Shown: positions 47,550 through 57,407 of the stretch, one piece after another
Position numbering within the stretch: the first letter of the stretch is position 1
Layout: each line of letters starts with the position of its first letter
IMG/VR virus record: IMGVR_UViG_3300035128_000105
Location: 1 to 61,517 of that record
Direction: 5' to 3' (one strand)
DNA: 61,517 nucleotides
Source: a virus
Position numbers and translations under genes: made by a program
Notes under the pieces: generated by a model
The model's database searches: none
What the model was told of the DNA's origin: nothing
The model's input: only the letters and a program-made list of their open reading frames with translations

Positions 47550-47930
47550 ATGGCGAAGGTTCCTGAAGACTGGGATGGCACCCTGTGGCGAAAACCCGAC
47601 GAACACTCGGGCGATTACTGGGCAGTCTGGTATGGGCCAGGGGGCGTAGACGGCGAGTACGCGACCGAAGTCGAGGCAGACGTAGGCGGCTACACCGTTC
47701 GCGAGTACAGCGATGTTACCGGCACCATCACGCCCGATGATCCTGACGAGCCTGTCTTGGTGACGCAAACGTACATCTGGGACGACGATTTGGTTGAGGC
47801 GATCGACGAACTGGGGATCAAACCACCAAAAAAGGATCTCGACTGGCTACGGCTGGCAGTCGGATACGGCGTCGCCTACATGCACGAATGGGGCGGCGAA
47901 GAGAGTTGGACTGACGAGCTGCCCCACTAA
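47550..47930 (+). CDS. hypothetical acidic protein
   Basis: 126-aa ORF following terminator. Confidence 0.4.
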   Translation: MAKVPEDWDGTLWRKPDEHSGDYWAVWYGPGGVDGEYATEVEADVGGYTVREYSDVTGTITPDDPDEPVLVTQTYIWDDDLVEAIDELGIKPPKKDLDWLRLAVGYGVAYMHEWGGEESWTDELPH

Positions 47931-47943
47931 ACAGAGGCGTTTC

Positions 47944-48507
47944 ATGGCGAAAAAAGAGAACATCCGCAACATCGACCAGCTGGCGCTTTTGCTCGATCTT
48001 CCCGAGTGGGACGACATCTTTGAGATGAACTTGGAGTACATAGCCGATCGAGGGCAATACGCGTTTGATGAGGCGCTCGACGACAGTGACGCTGAGGACA
48101 ACGAAACGCTAGAAGCCGAAGCCGAAGTCGCGCGCGAGGACGCTGAAGGGTTGGCGCAGGACGAGGTCTACGGCCAGTGGTACGCGGGCGTCTTTGATGC
48201 GGCCGAACGCTTGCTCGAAGAGCACGAGTTGGATCTCGTATCGATCGGCGATGATACGTTCCCCTATGAGTTCGAGGTCCGGCCCAAAGAAAGCGGACAA
48301 AAGGGTTGGCGCAAAGCGGCAGAAGCTCTCCTGGAAACGATCAATGGCGTTGGTGACTTTTACTTCTCCAGTGTTGAGGATTTTATGGACTCGGGACCCT
48401 ACACTGCGCGTGAAGCGGTGCTTTCGCATCTTGGGTACATCAGTTACTACCCGGAGATCTACGGCTCGCACTCGGCCCGGGCCATCTATGAGTGGTCCTG
48501 GCGCTGA
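47944..48507 (+). CDS. hypothetical highly acidic protein
   Basis: ATG 47944 within ORF 47794..48507. Confidence 0.45.
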   Translation: MAKKENIRNIDQLALLLDLPEWDDIFEMNLEYIADRGQYAFDEALDDSDAEDNETLEAEAEVAREDAEGLAQDEVYGQWYAGVFDAAERLLEEHELDLVSIGDDTFPYEFEVRPKESGQKGWRKAAEALLETINGVGDFYFSSVEDFMDSGPYTAREAVLSHLGYISYYPEIYGSHSARAIYEWSWR

Positions 48508-48539
48508 GTATCCGCCAGGTTAGCTGCACTACAAAACGT

Positions 48540-48555
48540 GATCGCAGCTGCGATC
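48540..48555. repeat. GATCGCAGCTGCGATC (copy 3)
   Basis: 17 nt upstream of ATG 48573 (plus). Confidence 0.95.
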
Positions 48556-48572
48556 CGTTGTAGTATTAGCTC

Positions 48573-48941
48573 ATGCTCGCCGCTGAAATCGTACCGTCGG
48601 TCACGGCTGACCAACCCCCTCCTGAAATGCCTTCGTTGACGCCGCCGGGGGTAACGCCTCCAGGCGCGACACCGCCCGCCGCAACGCCGGGAAAGAGTGA
48701 AAGCAGTTGGTTCGACACCATCGTCAAGTGGGTCACACCGAGTACGACGACTCCCGCGCCAACGCCGACGACCACGGTGGTATTCCCGCAGCCAAAACCG
48801 TTCTACGCGCATGGAGCGTTCTGGGCGATTTTGGGTGTCATTGCCCTTGGCGGTGTCGTCTTGTACTCGCGTAAGAAGGCTACGCCTGCGCCAGCTCCCA
48901 TGTCAGGTGCGCGGCGTCGGCGACGGAAGCGTCGGCGCTAG
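48573..48941 (+). CDS. Pro/Thr-rich membrane protein with C-terminal poly-Arg tail
   Basis: palindrome 17 nt upstream; TM AFWAILGVIALGGVVLY; ends RRRRRKRRR. Confidence 0.4.
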   Translation: MLAAEIVPSVTADQPPPEMPSLTPPGVTPPGATPPAATPGKSESSWFDTIVKWVTPSTTTPAPTPTTTVVFPQPKPFYAHGAFWAILGVIALGGVVLYSRKKATPAPAPMSGARRRRRKRRR

Positions 48942-48950
48942 GAGCAACTG

Positions 48951-49523
48951 ATGATCAAACAAACACGTTGGCGCCAAGTAGACACCTTCGAGCCGTGGAA
49001 CCCCGCGCAGAAGGTGGACGTGCACTACACGGGGCTTCCCGGTGGCTACTCGTCGTTCTACTACAACCACGAACCAAACATCACCAACCTAATGGGGCCT
49101 GATATGCCGTACCAACGCAACCACGTTCCACTTCAACTCCTGGGCGGAGGCAGCCAACTCTTCGCCGCTCAGGTACAAGAAGTCCCTGAAGCCTACGGCA
49201 CCATCCCCGGCGTCTACGGCGTCGTTGGCGGCGCAAACTTCGCTGTTGCTGACATCAATCGAGTCCCCGAGGCCTACGGCACTATCCCCGGCGTCTACAA
49301 CCCTCTCGGCGACGTGACGGTGACGGCAGTGCCGGGCGCCTATGGTCGCCAACCGGGTATCTACGACCGCAAGCAGCACCTGGAAATCCTGCTCAACGGT
49401 GCAATGGGTCTTGGTGACGCAGCACCAATGTCCACGACAACCAAGATTCTGTGGATCGCAGGCGCGGCAGCGGTCGGCGCCGCAGCCGGCTGGGTATCGT
49501 GCTCGATGTGGGGACGCCGTTAG
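48951..49523 (+). CDS. hypothetical protein with VPEAYGTIPGVY repeats and C-terminal TM
   Basis: AGGAG SD; internal 12-aa repeat x2-3. Confidence 0.45.
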   Translation: MIKQTRWRQVDTFEPWNPAQKVDVHYTGLPGGYSSFYYNHEPNITNLMGPDMPYQRNHVPLQLLGGGSQLFAAQVQEVPEAYGTIPGVYGVVGGANFAVADINRVPEAYGTIPGVYNPLGDVTVTAVPGAYGRQPGIYDRKQHLEILLNGAMGLGDAAPMSTTTKILWIAGAAAVGAAAGWVSCSMWGRR

Positions 49524-49525
49524 AA

Positions 49526-49882
49526 ATGGCACGTAAAAACGCTACCTCGAAGTGCAAGTTCGTTGTCTACCACACGCACGACGACGACCGTCCAGCAAGT
49601 GAACGGATCGTCACGACCCAACCTTTCTCACAGAAAGGCTGGTCGAAGGCCAATAGCATGGCCCGCGAGGTAGCACTCGGACTCAATCCACGACTCGGGT
49701 TCGGCACTGAGAAAACTGACACCTACGTAGACATCGAGTGCGAGGGCAAAGCCATGGCACTCATGAACTGCACGCCGAATTTCGGCAAGGAGTTGTGTTG
49801 GGTGAACCATGGGGGACCACATCCCAGCGAAACAGAGCTGGCAGGCACACGCCGAGGGCGTCGTCGAAAGAAGCGGCGCTGA
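49526..49882 (+). CDS. hypothetical protein with C-terminal RRGRRRKKRR tail
   Basis: ATG 49526. Confidence 0.4.
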   Translation: MARKNATSKCKFVVYHTHDDDRPASERIVTTQPFSQKGWSKANSMAREVALGLNPRLGFGTEKTDTYVDIECEGKAMALMNCTPNFGKELCWVNHGGPHPSETELAGTRRGRRRKKRR

Positions 49883-50176
49883 ATGCCTAGCGTATTCACA
49901 CTCGAAGCTCCGACCGGCTTCGGCGAACCGACTCCCAACGCAGATTACCTGGAGCTGCTCGGGGATCCCACACTCGGCTACGACACGGGAGTCGGCCACG
50001 TAGACGGCATCACGGGGGCGATGATGGGGGACGTCACAGGCTTTTTCGCGGACCGAGGACTCATTTTGGGCTCCATCATGGCGTTTGGCTCAGCGGTCGT
50101 CATCGGCACCCTGGTCGGCAACGCGGCTGTCCATGGGCTGCGTAAGCTCGGCTGGCGGCCACCTGGAGAGCGCTGA
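49883..50176 (+). CDS. hypothetical membrane protein
   Basis: TGA-ATG junction; hydrophobic C-terminal half. Confidence 0.35.
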   Translation: MPSVFTLEAPTGFGEPTPNADYLELLGDPTLGYDTGVGHVDGITGAMMGDVTGFFADRGLILGSIMAFGSAVVIGTLVGNAAVHGLRKLGWRPPGER

Positions 50177-50493
50177 TGCCGGTCCAACGCGTGCCGGTTC
50201 TCAACCCTAAACCGGGAGAACCGGAGTCCGTGTGGATGGACACGTGTCCACCAGACTCAGACTTCGCGAAGCTCGACTGCGACTGTATTGGACCCTCGGG
50301 GCCTTGTGGCAACCCGTATTGCTGGTCGTGTCCGCCCTACGCCCTCCGCAACGGGATCGTTGCCGGCACGCTCGTAGGCACAGCAACAATGCTGTTTCGC
50401 CGTAAGGGCGATCCCCTGGTCGCGGGAATTCTGGTCGGCGGCCTGGTCGGTCTTGCGTCTTGGTACTTTTTCAGTGGACGGTGGTGGGTGTGA
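50176..50493 (+). CDS. hypothetical membrane protein (Cys-rich N-terminus, 2 TM)
   Basis: TGATG overlap. Confidence 0.35.
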   Translation: MPVQRVPVLNPKPGEPESVWMDTCPPDSDFAKLDCDCIGPSGPCGNPYCWSCPPYALRNGIVAGTLVGTATMLFRRKGDPLVAGILVGGLVGLASWYFFSGRWWV

Positions 50494-50900
50494 TGGACAG
50501 CTGTCGCTACGCGTACATGTGGTCACCGACTGCATGGGGCGGCGGCGCTTGCGACGTCCCGTATAAACAGCAGGTGGACGCACTGAACAGGATGCGTGAC
50601 GCTGCGCGTGGGACGCCCGTTTGTTGGTACCGTGTCGAAGAAGATGTCCAGTTCAAAGAGCGCTACGACCTTGATTGTCTGACAAAGTACCCAGATCTAT
50701 TGGTTCAAGGCAAAACGCTGTGGCAAAGCCTCCAACCGCCTCCAGTGTCTGACTCGTCGTTTCCGACGGTACCTTCGACAAGCGATTCGTCAACGTTACC
50801 GCCGCCAACACCGTGGCCTACATGGAAAAAAGTGCTGTTGGGTGTGGGACTTGTTGCGGTGAGCGCAGGTGTTATTGTCGTGGTCCGCAAATCAGTATGA
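50493..50900 (+). CDS. hypothetical protein with C-terminal TM anchor
   Basis: TGATG overlap; ATG 50493. Confidence 0.35.
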   Translation: MDSCRYAYMWSPTAWGGGACDVPYKQQVDALNRMRDAARGTPVCWYRVEEDVQFKERYDLDCLTKYPDLLVQGKTLWQSLQPPPVSDSSFPTVPSTSDSSTLPPPTPWPTWKKVLLGVGLVAVSAGVIVVVRKSV

Positions 50901-50945
50901 ATAGCTACTAGAAACATTCCGTCTCACCGTTAGAATAGAACCGAC

Positions 50946-51443
50946 ATGAAGATCACCATCCCAAGCATGCCGAACTGGGAACAGATCGGCGGCGACATGA
51001 ATCCCGGCGCGTACGGGGGCATCATTGCGCGCAGTGATGGTGACGCACTGGAGTTGATCCACATCCAGCCCGTGCGAGAGTACGTCGGTGACGGCGAGGC
51101 CGCTGCTGTTGGTTATCCTTACTGGAGCCGTGAAGGCTATTACGATTTAGACGACCTCCGACTTGATAGCGAACATGTTCGTGATGCGCTCAATTCATGG
51201 GGCTGGGTCGAGGAGGATCTCCTTGAAAAACTCACCCCGACCCAACGGGCCCTGGCGATCGCCGAAATGCTTCTGTCCTACGGTGTCGCGGACGAGGGTC
51301 AATCTGGCTGGGCTGAGGATGTTGTACCCGACAAGGTGAAGTGGTGGAGTGGAGAAACGGCTGGGCCCGAATACTTCGCGGACGAAGAGGACGAGTTTCG
51401 ACAAGACATCCTGGGTGAAGAGGATAAGGACGAGGACTGGTAA
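50946..51443 (+). CDS. hypothetical acidic protein
   Basis: 165-aa ORF. Confidence 0.4.
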   Translation: MKITIPSMPNWEQIGGDMNPGAYGGIIARSDGDALELIHIQPVREYVGDGEAAAVGYPYWSREGYYDLDDLRLDSEHVRDALNSWGWVEEDLLEKLTPTQRALAIAEMLLSYGVADEGQSGWAEDVVPDKVKWWSGETAGPEYFADEEDEFRQDILGEEDKDEDW

Positions 51444-52126
51444 TGGGTCGATACGATCCACAGACAGACTGGCGCGACCTGCGCAAGTTCGTAGGCGATG
51501 GCAAGAACGCTCCCGCCGTCTATGTTCGCGCAGGCGAGGGCTCGATCGACATCGACGACGAGGACGATGTCTACATCGCCGTGGTGTTCGACGTACAAGG
51601 CTTTAGCGGACATACAGCAGCGATCTACGCGGACCAAAATCGTTACCACGCCTCGGCAGATACCGCTTTACAAGAAGCGTTCGAGGAGCTGGAGAACTAC
51701 GTAATCGACGCCAACCCCGATCACGTCGCCGAGCTGCAAGAAGAATGGGGCCACGAATGGTCAGACATCCTCACCGAGACCTTCGATGCACGAATTTGGG
51801 TGCTGAGCGCACGTGATGCTGCCAAAGCGCTTCGTGGGTCTCCCGCCGCTGAGTTCGTGGACATCTACGACGCGGACGGCAACGAATTGTCTGGTGCCAA
51901 AGGCGACTGGGCGCACACAGCCAATCAGCAAATTTTCATCCCCGATCGTCAGATCAAGACAGACAAGGCTGAGTACGTCTACGTGCCTGTGCGAGGGTAC
52001 GCAGGAAGCCTGGCGGTGTTCGACATCAACGACAAGGTGATCGGCTGGATCGACACGCGAACACTCGGGCACGAGAACGTCAGAGAGTGGATGCGGGCGA
52101 CGAACTGGCGCGACACTGGGTACTAG
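51443..52126 (+). CDS. hypothetical protein
   Basis: TAATG overlap, GAGGA SD. Confidence 0.4.
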   Translation: MGRYDPQTDWRDLRKFVGDGKNAPAVYVRAGEGSIDIDDEDDVYIAVVFDVQGFSGHTAAIYADQNRYHASADTALQEAFEELENYVIDANPDHVAELQEEWGHEWSDILTETFDARIWVLSARDAAKALRGSPAAEFVDIYDADGNELSGAKGDWAHTANQQIFIPDRQIKTDKAEYVYVPVRGYAGSLAVFDINDKVIGWIDTRTLGHENVREWMRATNWRDTGY

Positions 52127-52135
52127 GAGAAATCG

Positions 52136-52414
52136 ATGGGCCGTCAACGCGTAAAGCTGATCGACATTCGGATGGTGGAAGAACCCGATGATGAACCTTA
52201 TGAGCGCGTTCCGTACATCGGGATTCGAGCCGTCGCCAAGATCAACATCGATATTGGTGAGGGCGGCATGCAGTTTTGGGTAACACAGACGATCGAGTCG
52301 CCCGGCATATGGCAAGTCGAGTACGACGAAGACGATGCGTACAAAGAAGAGCTTTTTCTAGACGAGAAAGAGATTCTTCTTGAAATGCTTAACGTATTGG
52401 GCGTCAGACGCTAA
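52136..52414 (+). CDS. hypothetical protein
   Basis: AGGAGA SD. Confidence 0.3.
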   Translation: MGRQRVKLIDIRMVEEPDDEPYERVPYIGIRAVAKINIDIGEGGMQFWVTQTIESPGIWQVEYDEDDAYKEELFLDEKEILLEMLNVLGVRR

Positions 52415-52423
52415 GCTGTATCA

Positions 52424-52690
52424 ATGAGCGCTGAACGGCGTCCGGCGGCGATCATCATCACGGCTGCCAAAGGTTTCAAAAACGACGCACGTAGCTTGAT
52501 CGGTCGCGCGATTCGTAACGCGTTGGGCATCCGGCAATGGCTGGTGATGCCGCATATGGTGAGCTACATCTCCGAATCGGAGGCTCGCTCCTACGGTGCT
52601 GGAGATGCACGCTATACGCTCGACGTGACAGACGCGGAAATGGCAGACATCGAAGACGAACTTTTCCGCCTGGCCGCGCTAGAAGGATAG
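52424..52690 (+). CDS. hypothetical protein
   Basis: 88-aa ORF. Confidence 0.3.
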   Translation: MSAERRPAAIIITAAKGFKNDARSLIGRAIRNALGIRQWLVMPHMVSYISESEARSYGAGDARYTLDVTDAEMADIEDELFRLAALEG

Positions 52691-52745
52691 GTCGATAAAG
52701 ATGATCGACCAGCTCCGCCTGTTGACATCTACCACGACTGAAGTG

Positions 52746-53033
52746 TTAGTCGTGACGCTTACACGCGACGCGCTTACCTTTTTTGGTCAGGTCCCAACGG
52801 ATGTCTGTAGACTCGACGACGCGCCGTCCGCGAGGAGAACGGACGCTGCGTTTGACAGAACCGACCTTGGTGCCTTTGATAAGCCCCCGGCGCTGCAATG
52901 CTGTTAGCGTTTGGTGCGTGATCCGTACACCGTCGGCGTACGCTGATGCGGTCTCGTAGCCTATGGTGGAGTGGGTGGAACGGCGTGAGATGGCACAGAG
53001 TGCTTCAGCCATGGTAGGGGTGAGTTTTTTCAT
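52746..53033 (-). CDS. small basic protein, possible winged-helix DNA binding
   Basis: ORF trimmed to ATG 53033 (MKKLTPTMAEALCAI...). Confidence 0.3.
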   Translation of the reverse strand: MKKLTPTMAEALCAISRRSTHSTIGYETASAYADGVRITHQTLTALQRRGLIKGTKVGSVKRSVRSPRGRRVVESTDIRWDLTKKGKRVACKRHD

Positions 53034-53428
53034 ACGTAACCCTGCTTGCTGCGTTTGACTGCACAGAGCCCCGTGCACACGACCTGGTCCTTCGGCGTGA
53101 CTTGGCGCCAGTAGTTTCCAGACTGGCGCATCAGACGTCGTCCGCAACACTCGCAGCGACGCTCCGACTCCGAAACTGGATCGTAGGCCCAGCCGCACGG
53201 ACATGGATCACCAAGAAACACGTCACTCGGCCGCTGCTAACGGGACCGTGTAGACGCCGTTACCCAGGTGACGGAGTCCGGGCAACCCCAGATCAAAGGC
53301 TGCGACTTTGCCTTCAGGGGTGTCGTGAACCACAACAGTGTGATCGAACGCGGCTTCGTAGATCAGACCGTCCACGACAATCTGGACGCGCGCTTGAGCT
53401 GCTTTCTTCGGTTGTTCCATCAGCTGCC

Positions 53429-53737
53429 TCAGATCTTGGCGTACACAAGCGCGCCAGCTGCGAACCCCGCGACGACACCGCCCAACGCCCACCACCAGCG
53501 CTGGCGTTTCAAAGCGCCGACATCGTCTTCAGTCGCTGAAAGCTCCCACCACTGGTGGTACGGCGAGATACCCAACCGAGGCCAACCAGGCCCACGAGTC
53601 CAATCCGTTCCGTGAGGGCCGCGCGGCGGCAACGGTACGTCGAACCCGTATTTCCGCCGCCACGCGCATTGTGTAGAGTGTTTACCCAGCGTCGCGCACC
53701 AGCGCTGTTCAGACATGCCTATCGTGGGCGGGTACAT
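53429..53737 (-). CDS. hypothetical protein with C-terminal TM
   Basis: 102-aa ORF. Confidence 0.3.
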   Translation of the reverse strand: MYPPTIGMSEQRWCATLGKHSTQCAWRRKYGFDVPLPPRGPHGTDWTRGPGWPRLGISPYHQWWELSATEDDVGALKRQRWWWALGGVVAGFAAGALVYAKI

Positions 53738-53749
53738 GCGCCCATTGTA

Positions 53750-54064
53750 TCAGATGTGCTTGAGAACTTCGTTTTCGATCACTTTGGCGGGCACAGCACC
53801 CACAAGTTGCCCGACGACATCGCCGTTTTTGAACACCAGCAGCGTGGGGATCGAACGAATTCCGAATCGTTGGACGAGCTGCTCGTTGTCGTCGAGATCC
53901 ACCTTCGCGACGACCAGACGACCCGTGTACTTCTCGGCGATCTGTTCGACGATGGGTGCGATTGTGCGACAAGGCGCGCACCACGGGGCCCAGAAGTCCA
54001 CGAGCACGGGCGCGGGCGCGTTATTGATAGTGTGGTCGAACGTACTGTCTGTCAGATTGAGCAT
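53750..54064 (-). CDS. trxA: thioredoxin
   Basis: VLVDFWAPWCAPCR active site region, thioredoxin fold length; AGGAGA SD before ATG 54064. Confidence 0.85.
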   Translation of the reverse strand: MLNLTDSTFDHTINNAPAPVLVDFWAPWCAPCRTIAPIVEQIAEKYTGRLVVAKVDLDDNEQLVQRFGIRSIPTLLVFKNGDVVGQLVGAVPAKVIENEVLKHI

Positions 54065-54089
54065 AGTCTCTCCTACCATATTAATTGAG

Positions 54090-54164
54090 TGCGCGGAGCC
54101 GGACTTGCACCGGCACCCCCGAGATCCACAGTCTACGGTGCTCCACTATTTGAGCTACCCGCGC
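54090..54164 (-). tRNA. tRNA-like sequence (75 nt) with degenerate anticodon arm; possible pseudo-tRNA
   Basis: 7-bp acceptor stem (GCGCGGG/TCCGCGC), D-arm TAGCTCAAATAGTGGAGCA, T-arm GCCGG-TGCAAGT-CCGGC; anticodon stem only 3 bp around a CTGTGGA loop (GTG). Confidence 0.35.
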
Positions 54165-54727
54165 TAAAGAACAGTTCGACGCATGAGACCGTTGATGAGG
54201 TACTTCAAATCCTGGGTGTCGTCTACCGCAGAACGAACCTTCTCGTAACAAGACTTGCATAGACGAATCTCGTAGCCGCGCTGGGTGAACGTGTTGGCGA
54301 TTTCCATCGTCACCTTCACTTCCGTTCCTTCAATCCGCTGTTTGATCGCCTCGATTTCAGCGCGTGTACCGTTTGACGGATACAGGTCAGCGGATGTTGT
54401 GGTCGCGTCCGGGACTGAGATGATCTCGAACTTACCTGGAATCGACTGAGGCGGTCCGAGGGGCTCGGCACATGCTGGACAAAGATCGTCCAAGCCGTGC
54501 CGTTTGGCCATTGCTCCCGCATGGTCGTAGTGACCCACACCCGCTGCGGCAACCATAGCATCCTTGACATCACGGACCGTGATACCACCGGGGAAAACGG
54601 GGTCGCCGTTGTCGTCGAATAAGACAGGCTCAACGGGCGTGTCGTCAACGACGGGTTGTACTGGTTTTGGTGTCGGCTCAGTACGCTTCAAAGGAATGTT
54701 CTGGAGAGGCAGGGGACGGTAGCTCAT
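54164..54727 (-). CDS. hypothetical protein
   Basis: ORF trimmed to second ATG. Confidence 0.4.
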   Translation of the reverse strand: MSYRPLPLQNIPLKRTEPTPKPVQPVVDDTPVEPVLFDDNGDPVFPGGITVRDVKDAMVAAAGVGHYDHAGAMAKRHGLDDLCPACAEPLGPPQSIPGKFEIISVPDATTTSADLYPSNGTRAEIEAIKQRIEGTEVKVTMEIANTFTQRGYEIRLCKSCYEKVRSAVDDTQDLKYLINGLMRRTVL

Positions 54728-55002
54728 CGCAACTTCTTCCACCAACCAGGTTTGCGCACAGGCAACGTGTTTGACGTATCGACACTGGGAGGACTTTCGG
54801 TGTTGCAGGTGTTGATGACGAGCGTCTCGCCGTTCTTTGTCGTGACCGTGATGACGACACCCCAGTAAAACGATGGAGTCGGTGAGTTGACGGCGACGCG
54901 CTCAGGGCCCGAGACCTCGATCGACGCGACCTCATGGACGCTGATGTAGCGATGGCCCTTCTCTTTCTGTTCAGAGAAAGGGAAACGCGGGGGTGCGCTC
55001 AT
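54724..55002 (-). CDS. hypothetical protein
   Basis: 92-aa ORF. Confidence 0.3.
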   Translation of the reverse strand: MSAPPRFPFSEQKEKGHRYISVHEVASIEVSGPERVAVNSPTPSFYWGVVITVTTKNGETLVINTCNTESPPSVDTSNTLPVRKPGWWKKLR

Positions 55003-55373
55003 GGGGCGGGCTCCGGTTGTGCACGGCCGTCGAGCTTCAAGAACCGTTCGACGACAACATCAAACCCACCGTCGGCTAAGCGCCCAGACTCGGCAGTGCC
55101 GTCCTTGGCGATGATGAACCACTCATCTTCGAGACCGGGCAGTGTATCGACACAAATGCCGAGACGTTTGTTCTCGAAAATCCACTCGATGGAGTAAGAC
55201 TCTTCCTCATCGACGGTGGCGTACACGTTGGTGAGCCCCAACAACTTCACGGCAGCATGCTCGACGTGGTCCTGAAGCGCATGCACGACCGAGTCAGCTT
55301 TTGCACGCTGGGCTTGGTCCCGAAGACGTGCAACCTCTCGGCGCGGCTCGTCAAACAAAGATAGAATCCTCAT
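54999..55373 (-). CDS. hypothetical protein
   Basis: 124-aa ORF. Confidence 0.4.
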   Translation of the reverse strand: MRILSLFDEPRREVARLRDQAQRAKADSVVHALQDHVEHAAVKLLGLTNVYATVDEEESYSIEWIFENKRLGICVDTLPGLEDEWFIIAKDGTAESGRLADGGFDVVVERFLKLDGRAQPEPAP

Positions 55374-55376
55374 GCG

Positions 55377-55559
55377 TTACCCGATGATGGCTGCGTCGCG
55401 TGTTTGCGCTGACTCATACCGGTAGATGGCCTCTTTGACAGCCTTCTCGATGATTTTTGCGGCAGGCTGTTTGTTGGTTTTTATCTCACCTGCGTACTTT
55501 TCGCCGACGTTCTGCGCGATTGTGTCTGCGAGCTGTTTCAGGTCCATCGCCGGCATCAT
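55377..55559 (-). CDS. hypothetical small protein
   Basis: 60-aa ORF. Confidence 0.3.
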   Translation of the reverse strand: MMPAMDLKQLADTIAQNVGEKYAGEIKTNKQPAAKIIEKAVKEAIYRYESAQTRDAAIIG

Positions 55560-55568
55560 AGCGCGCTG

Positions 55569-56087
55569 CTATGACACGGGTACAGTATCGACAATTCGAC
55601 GAATGATCGTACGTATTTGAGGCTCGAACCGAGGTCGTTGCCACGGGTAGATCTCGCGGTCCTCCGCTTCGAGCTTCCACAAAAGAGCTGCACGACGATC
55701 ATCGTCATCCAGGTACTTGACCAAAAACTCGGCTTGGTCGTTCAAGCTTGTGATGACGGCCGCGCCGAAGTTGCGTGCCTCGGCTGCATGGTGGTCCTCT
55801 CCGAAACACGCGAGGTACCGATCGTAGGTTGTCCAGTCATACGTGGGATCGTCCTTGAGGCTTTGCATCTTCTTGCTGGCAGCACCGTAGTCACGCCATC
55901 CACCGTGATACAAACCATAGGAGCGGCAGTGCAGCTCGCGGCGCGCGTGAGAAATTGCCATGCAGATCAATGTCGCACGCAGACCTGTTGCCTTCGTCAG
56001 CTCTTCTTTCAGGATGCGGTGTGCGCGGCGACGGCGCTGCCGCTCTGTGTCAGTGATGGGTGTGGACTGTGCTTGTGTGGCGTGCAT
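55569..56087 (-). CDS. hypothetical protein
   Basis: start ambiguous (56087 or 56126). Confidence 0.35.
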   Translation of the reverse strand: MHATQAQSTPITDTERQRRRRAHRILKEELTKATGLRATLICMAISHARRELHCRSYGLYHGGWRDYGAASKKMQSLKDDPTYDWTTYDRYLACFGEDHHAAEARNFGAAVITSLNDQAEFLVKYLDDDDRRAALLWKLEAEDREIYPWQRPRFEPQIRTIIRRIVDTVPVS

Positions 56088-56100
56088 GCGACGGATCCTC

Positions 56101-56541
56101 CTAGTCGTTTTCGTCTTCGTCTTCATCGTCGTCTTGGTACGGGGGCGGCTGACACGCCACCAGATACGACCTAACCTGTTCAATAGCTGCATCAGAAACT
56201 CCTTCTTTGCGCATATCAGCTTCCCAGCCGGGCAGCTCTACCTCGTAGACGTTGTACTTCTCGGCGACACAGTACCGATCGGGGTTGGCGAAAATTTGTA
56301 CGCCCAGTGCCTCGATGTATGGTCGTGCTTCGAGCGGTGAATCGGGACAACAACCACAGTTGTGGCGAAAGTCCACGCTGGTTGCGCGTGCGTTGACGCT
56401 CGCACTGGAATAACGCTGTCGTTTCCAGCGATCGGTCGTGATCTTGAGATCGGGGAACTCGACAAGTAAGGCTTCCACGAGTTTCGCTTCCGCCTTTTTC
56501 TGTTCCAGTTCTTCGAGCTTCTTTTGTACAGTTTGGTCCAC
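56101..56541 (-). CDS. hypothetical protein with acidic DDDEDEDEND tail
   Basis: 146-aa ORF. Confidence 0.4.
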   Translation of the reverse strand: MDQTVQKKLEELEQKKAEAKLVEALLVEFPDLKITTDRWKRQRYSSASVNARATSVDFRHNCGCCPDSPLEARPYIEALGVQIFANPDRYCVAEKYNVYEVELPGWEADMRKEGVSDAAIEQVRSYLVACQPPPYQDDDEDEDEND

Positions 56542-56554
56542 TGAGGTCTCCTAG

Positions 56555-56827
56555 TTAGGGTTGTCCTTCGTTAGCGGCTCTTTGTAGTAGTTCGCGCAGA
56601 CGGACCAAAGCGGCATCGCCGGACGCTATCTGGCTGTTGATCTCACCTTTGAGATCCATCCCAAAAACGTGCACGCCGTCTGAGTCGATTATGAGCAAGA
56701 TGCGCCACGAGTCAGGGTGGCCTTGTTTTCCGAAGTACCACTCCATCGAGACGTCACCCATGTCATCGACATGAACGTGTCCGGGCAGCGGCGCACAAAA
56801 ATCGAACTGCGTTGAGCCGTCAGCCAC
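56555..56827 (-). CDS. hypothetical protein
   Basis: 90-aa ORF. Confidence 0.35.
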   Translation of the reverse strand: MADGSTQFDFCAPLPGHVHVDDMGDVSMEWYFGKQGHPDSWRILLIIDSDGVHVFGMDLKGEINSQIASGDAALVRLRELLQRAANEGQP

Positions 56828-57035
56828 GAGTCAGGTATCCAGTCTTCGTCAAGGGTCGTAGATCACCGAGTATGCGACGCACTGCACGTCGGTCTTGGAT
56901 CGGTAAAAGACCAATCGCGGTCGCTTGTCCATCGTAAGGCGCGTCCGGTTCGTGGATGGTCACGTGATCGAAGTCAGCGATAGTGAGTTTCGTGCTGACT
57001 TTGATCAATGCGGACTCATCGGGCACGCCCAACAC
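56820..57035 (-). CDS. hypothetical protein
   Basis: 71-aa ORF. Confidence 0.3.
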   Translation of the reverse strand: MLGVPDESALIKVSTKLTIADFDHVTIHEPDAPYDGQATAIGLLPIQDRRAVRRILGDLRPLTKTGYLTRG

Positions 57036-57327
57036 GACGACCGTGAAGACGGGATTGTGCTCGCCGGTACCCTGACATCGAGGACAGTCGGCGTCCGGGA
57101 CACCCCCAGCTCCGTAGGTTGCGTGGAGGCACGCGCAATCAACGTACGGACACAGGTCGTACGCAAAGCGACGAGGGTCTGAGAGGGACTCTCCAGCGGC
57201 GTGTGCGAGTTGCGCCGCGAGATGTCCGAGGGGAAGATCGGTTCGTACTACCAGGTAGTGGTAGTGCGCCTGCGCGCTAGCGTTGTGGTCGTCCCATGGG
57301 TCCCATGGTGAGGCCGATCGCCAACCT

Positions 57328-57355
57328 TGTCAAATTTTCCTGTTGGTTTTATTTA
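57328..57355 (+). promoter_or_regulatory. sigma70-like promoter candidate (TTGTCA-16 nt-TATTTA)
   Basis: AT-rich tract in divergent gap upstream of methyltransferase gene. Confidence 0.25.
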
Positions 57356-57407
57356 GAATCGCAGCGTTGTGCCGTTGTCTGGGCATGTATGCGGTACGAT
57401 CGATTCG

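Noticed and set aside
55590-55650. GGTTCGAGCC T-loop-like motif
   Set aside because: No cloverleaf could be built and it lies inside a coding region.
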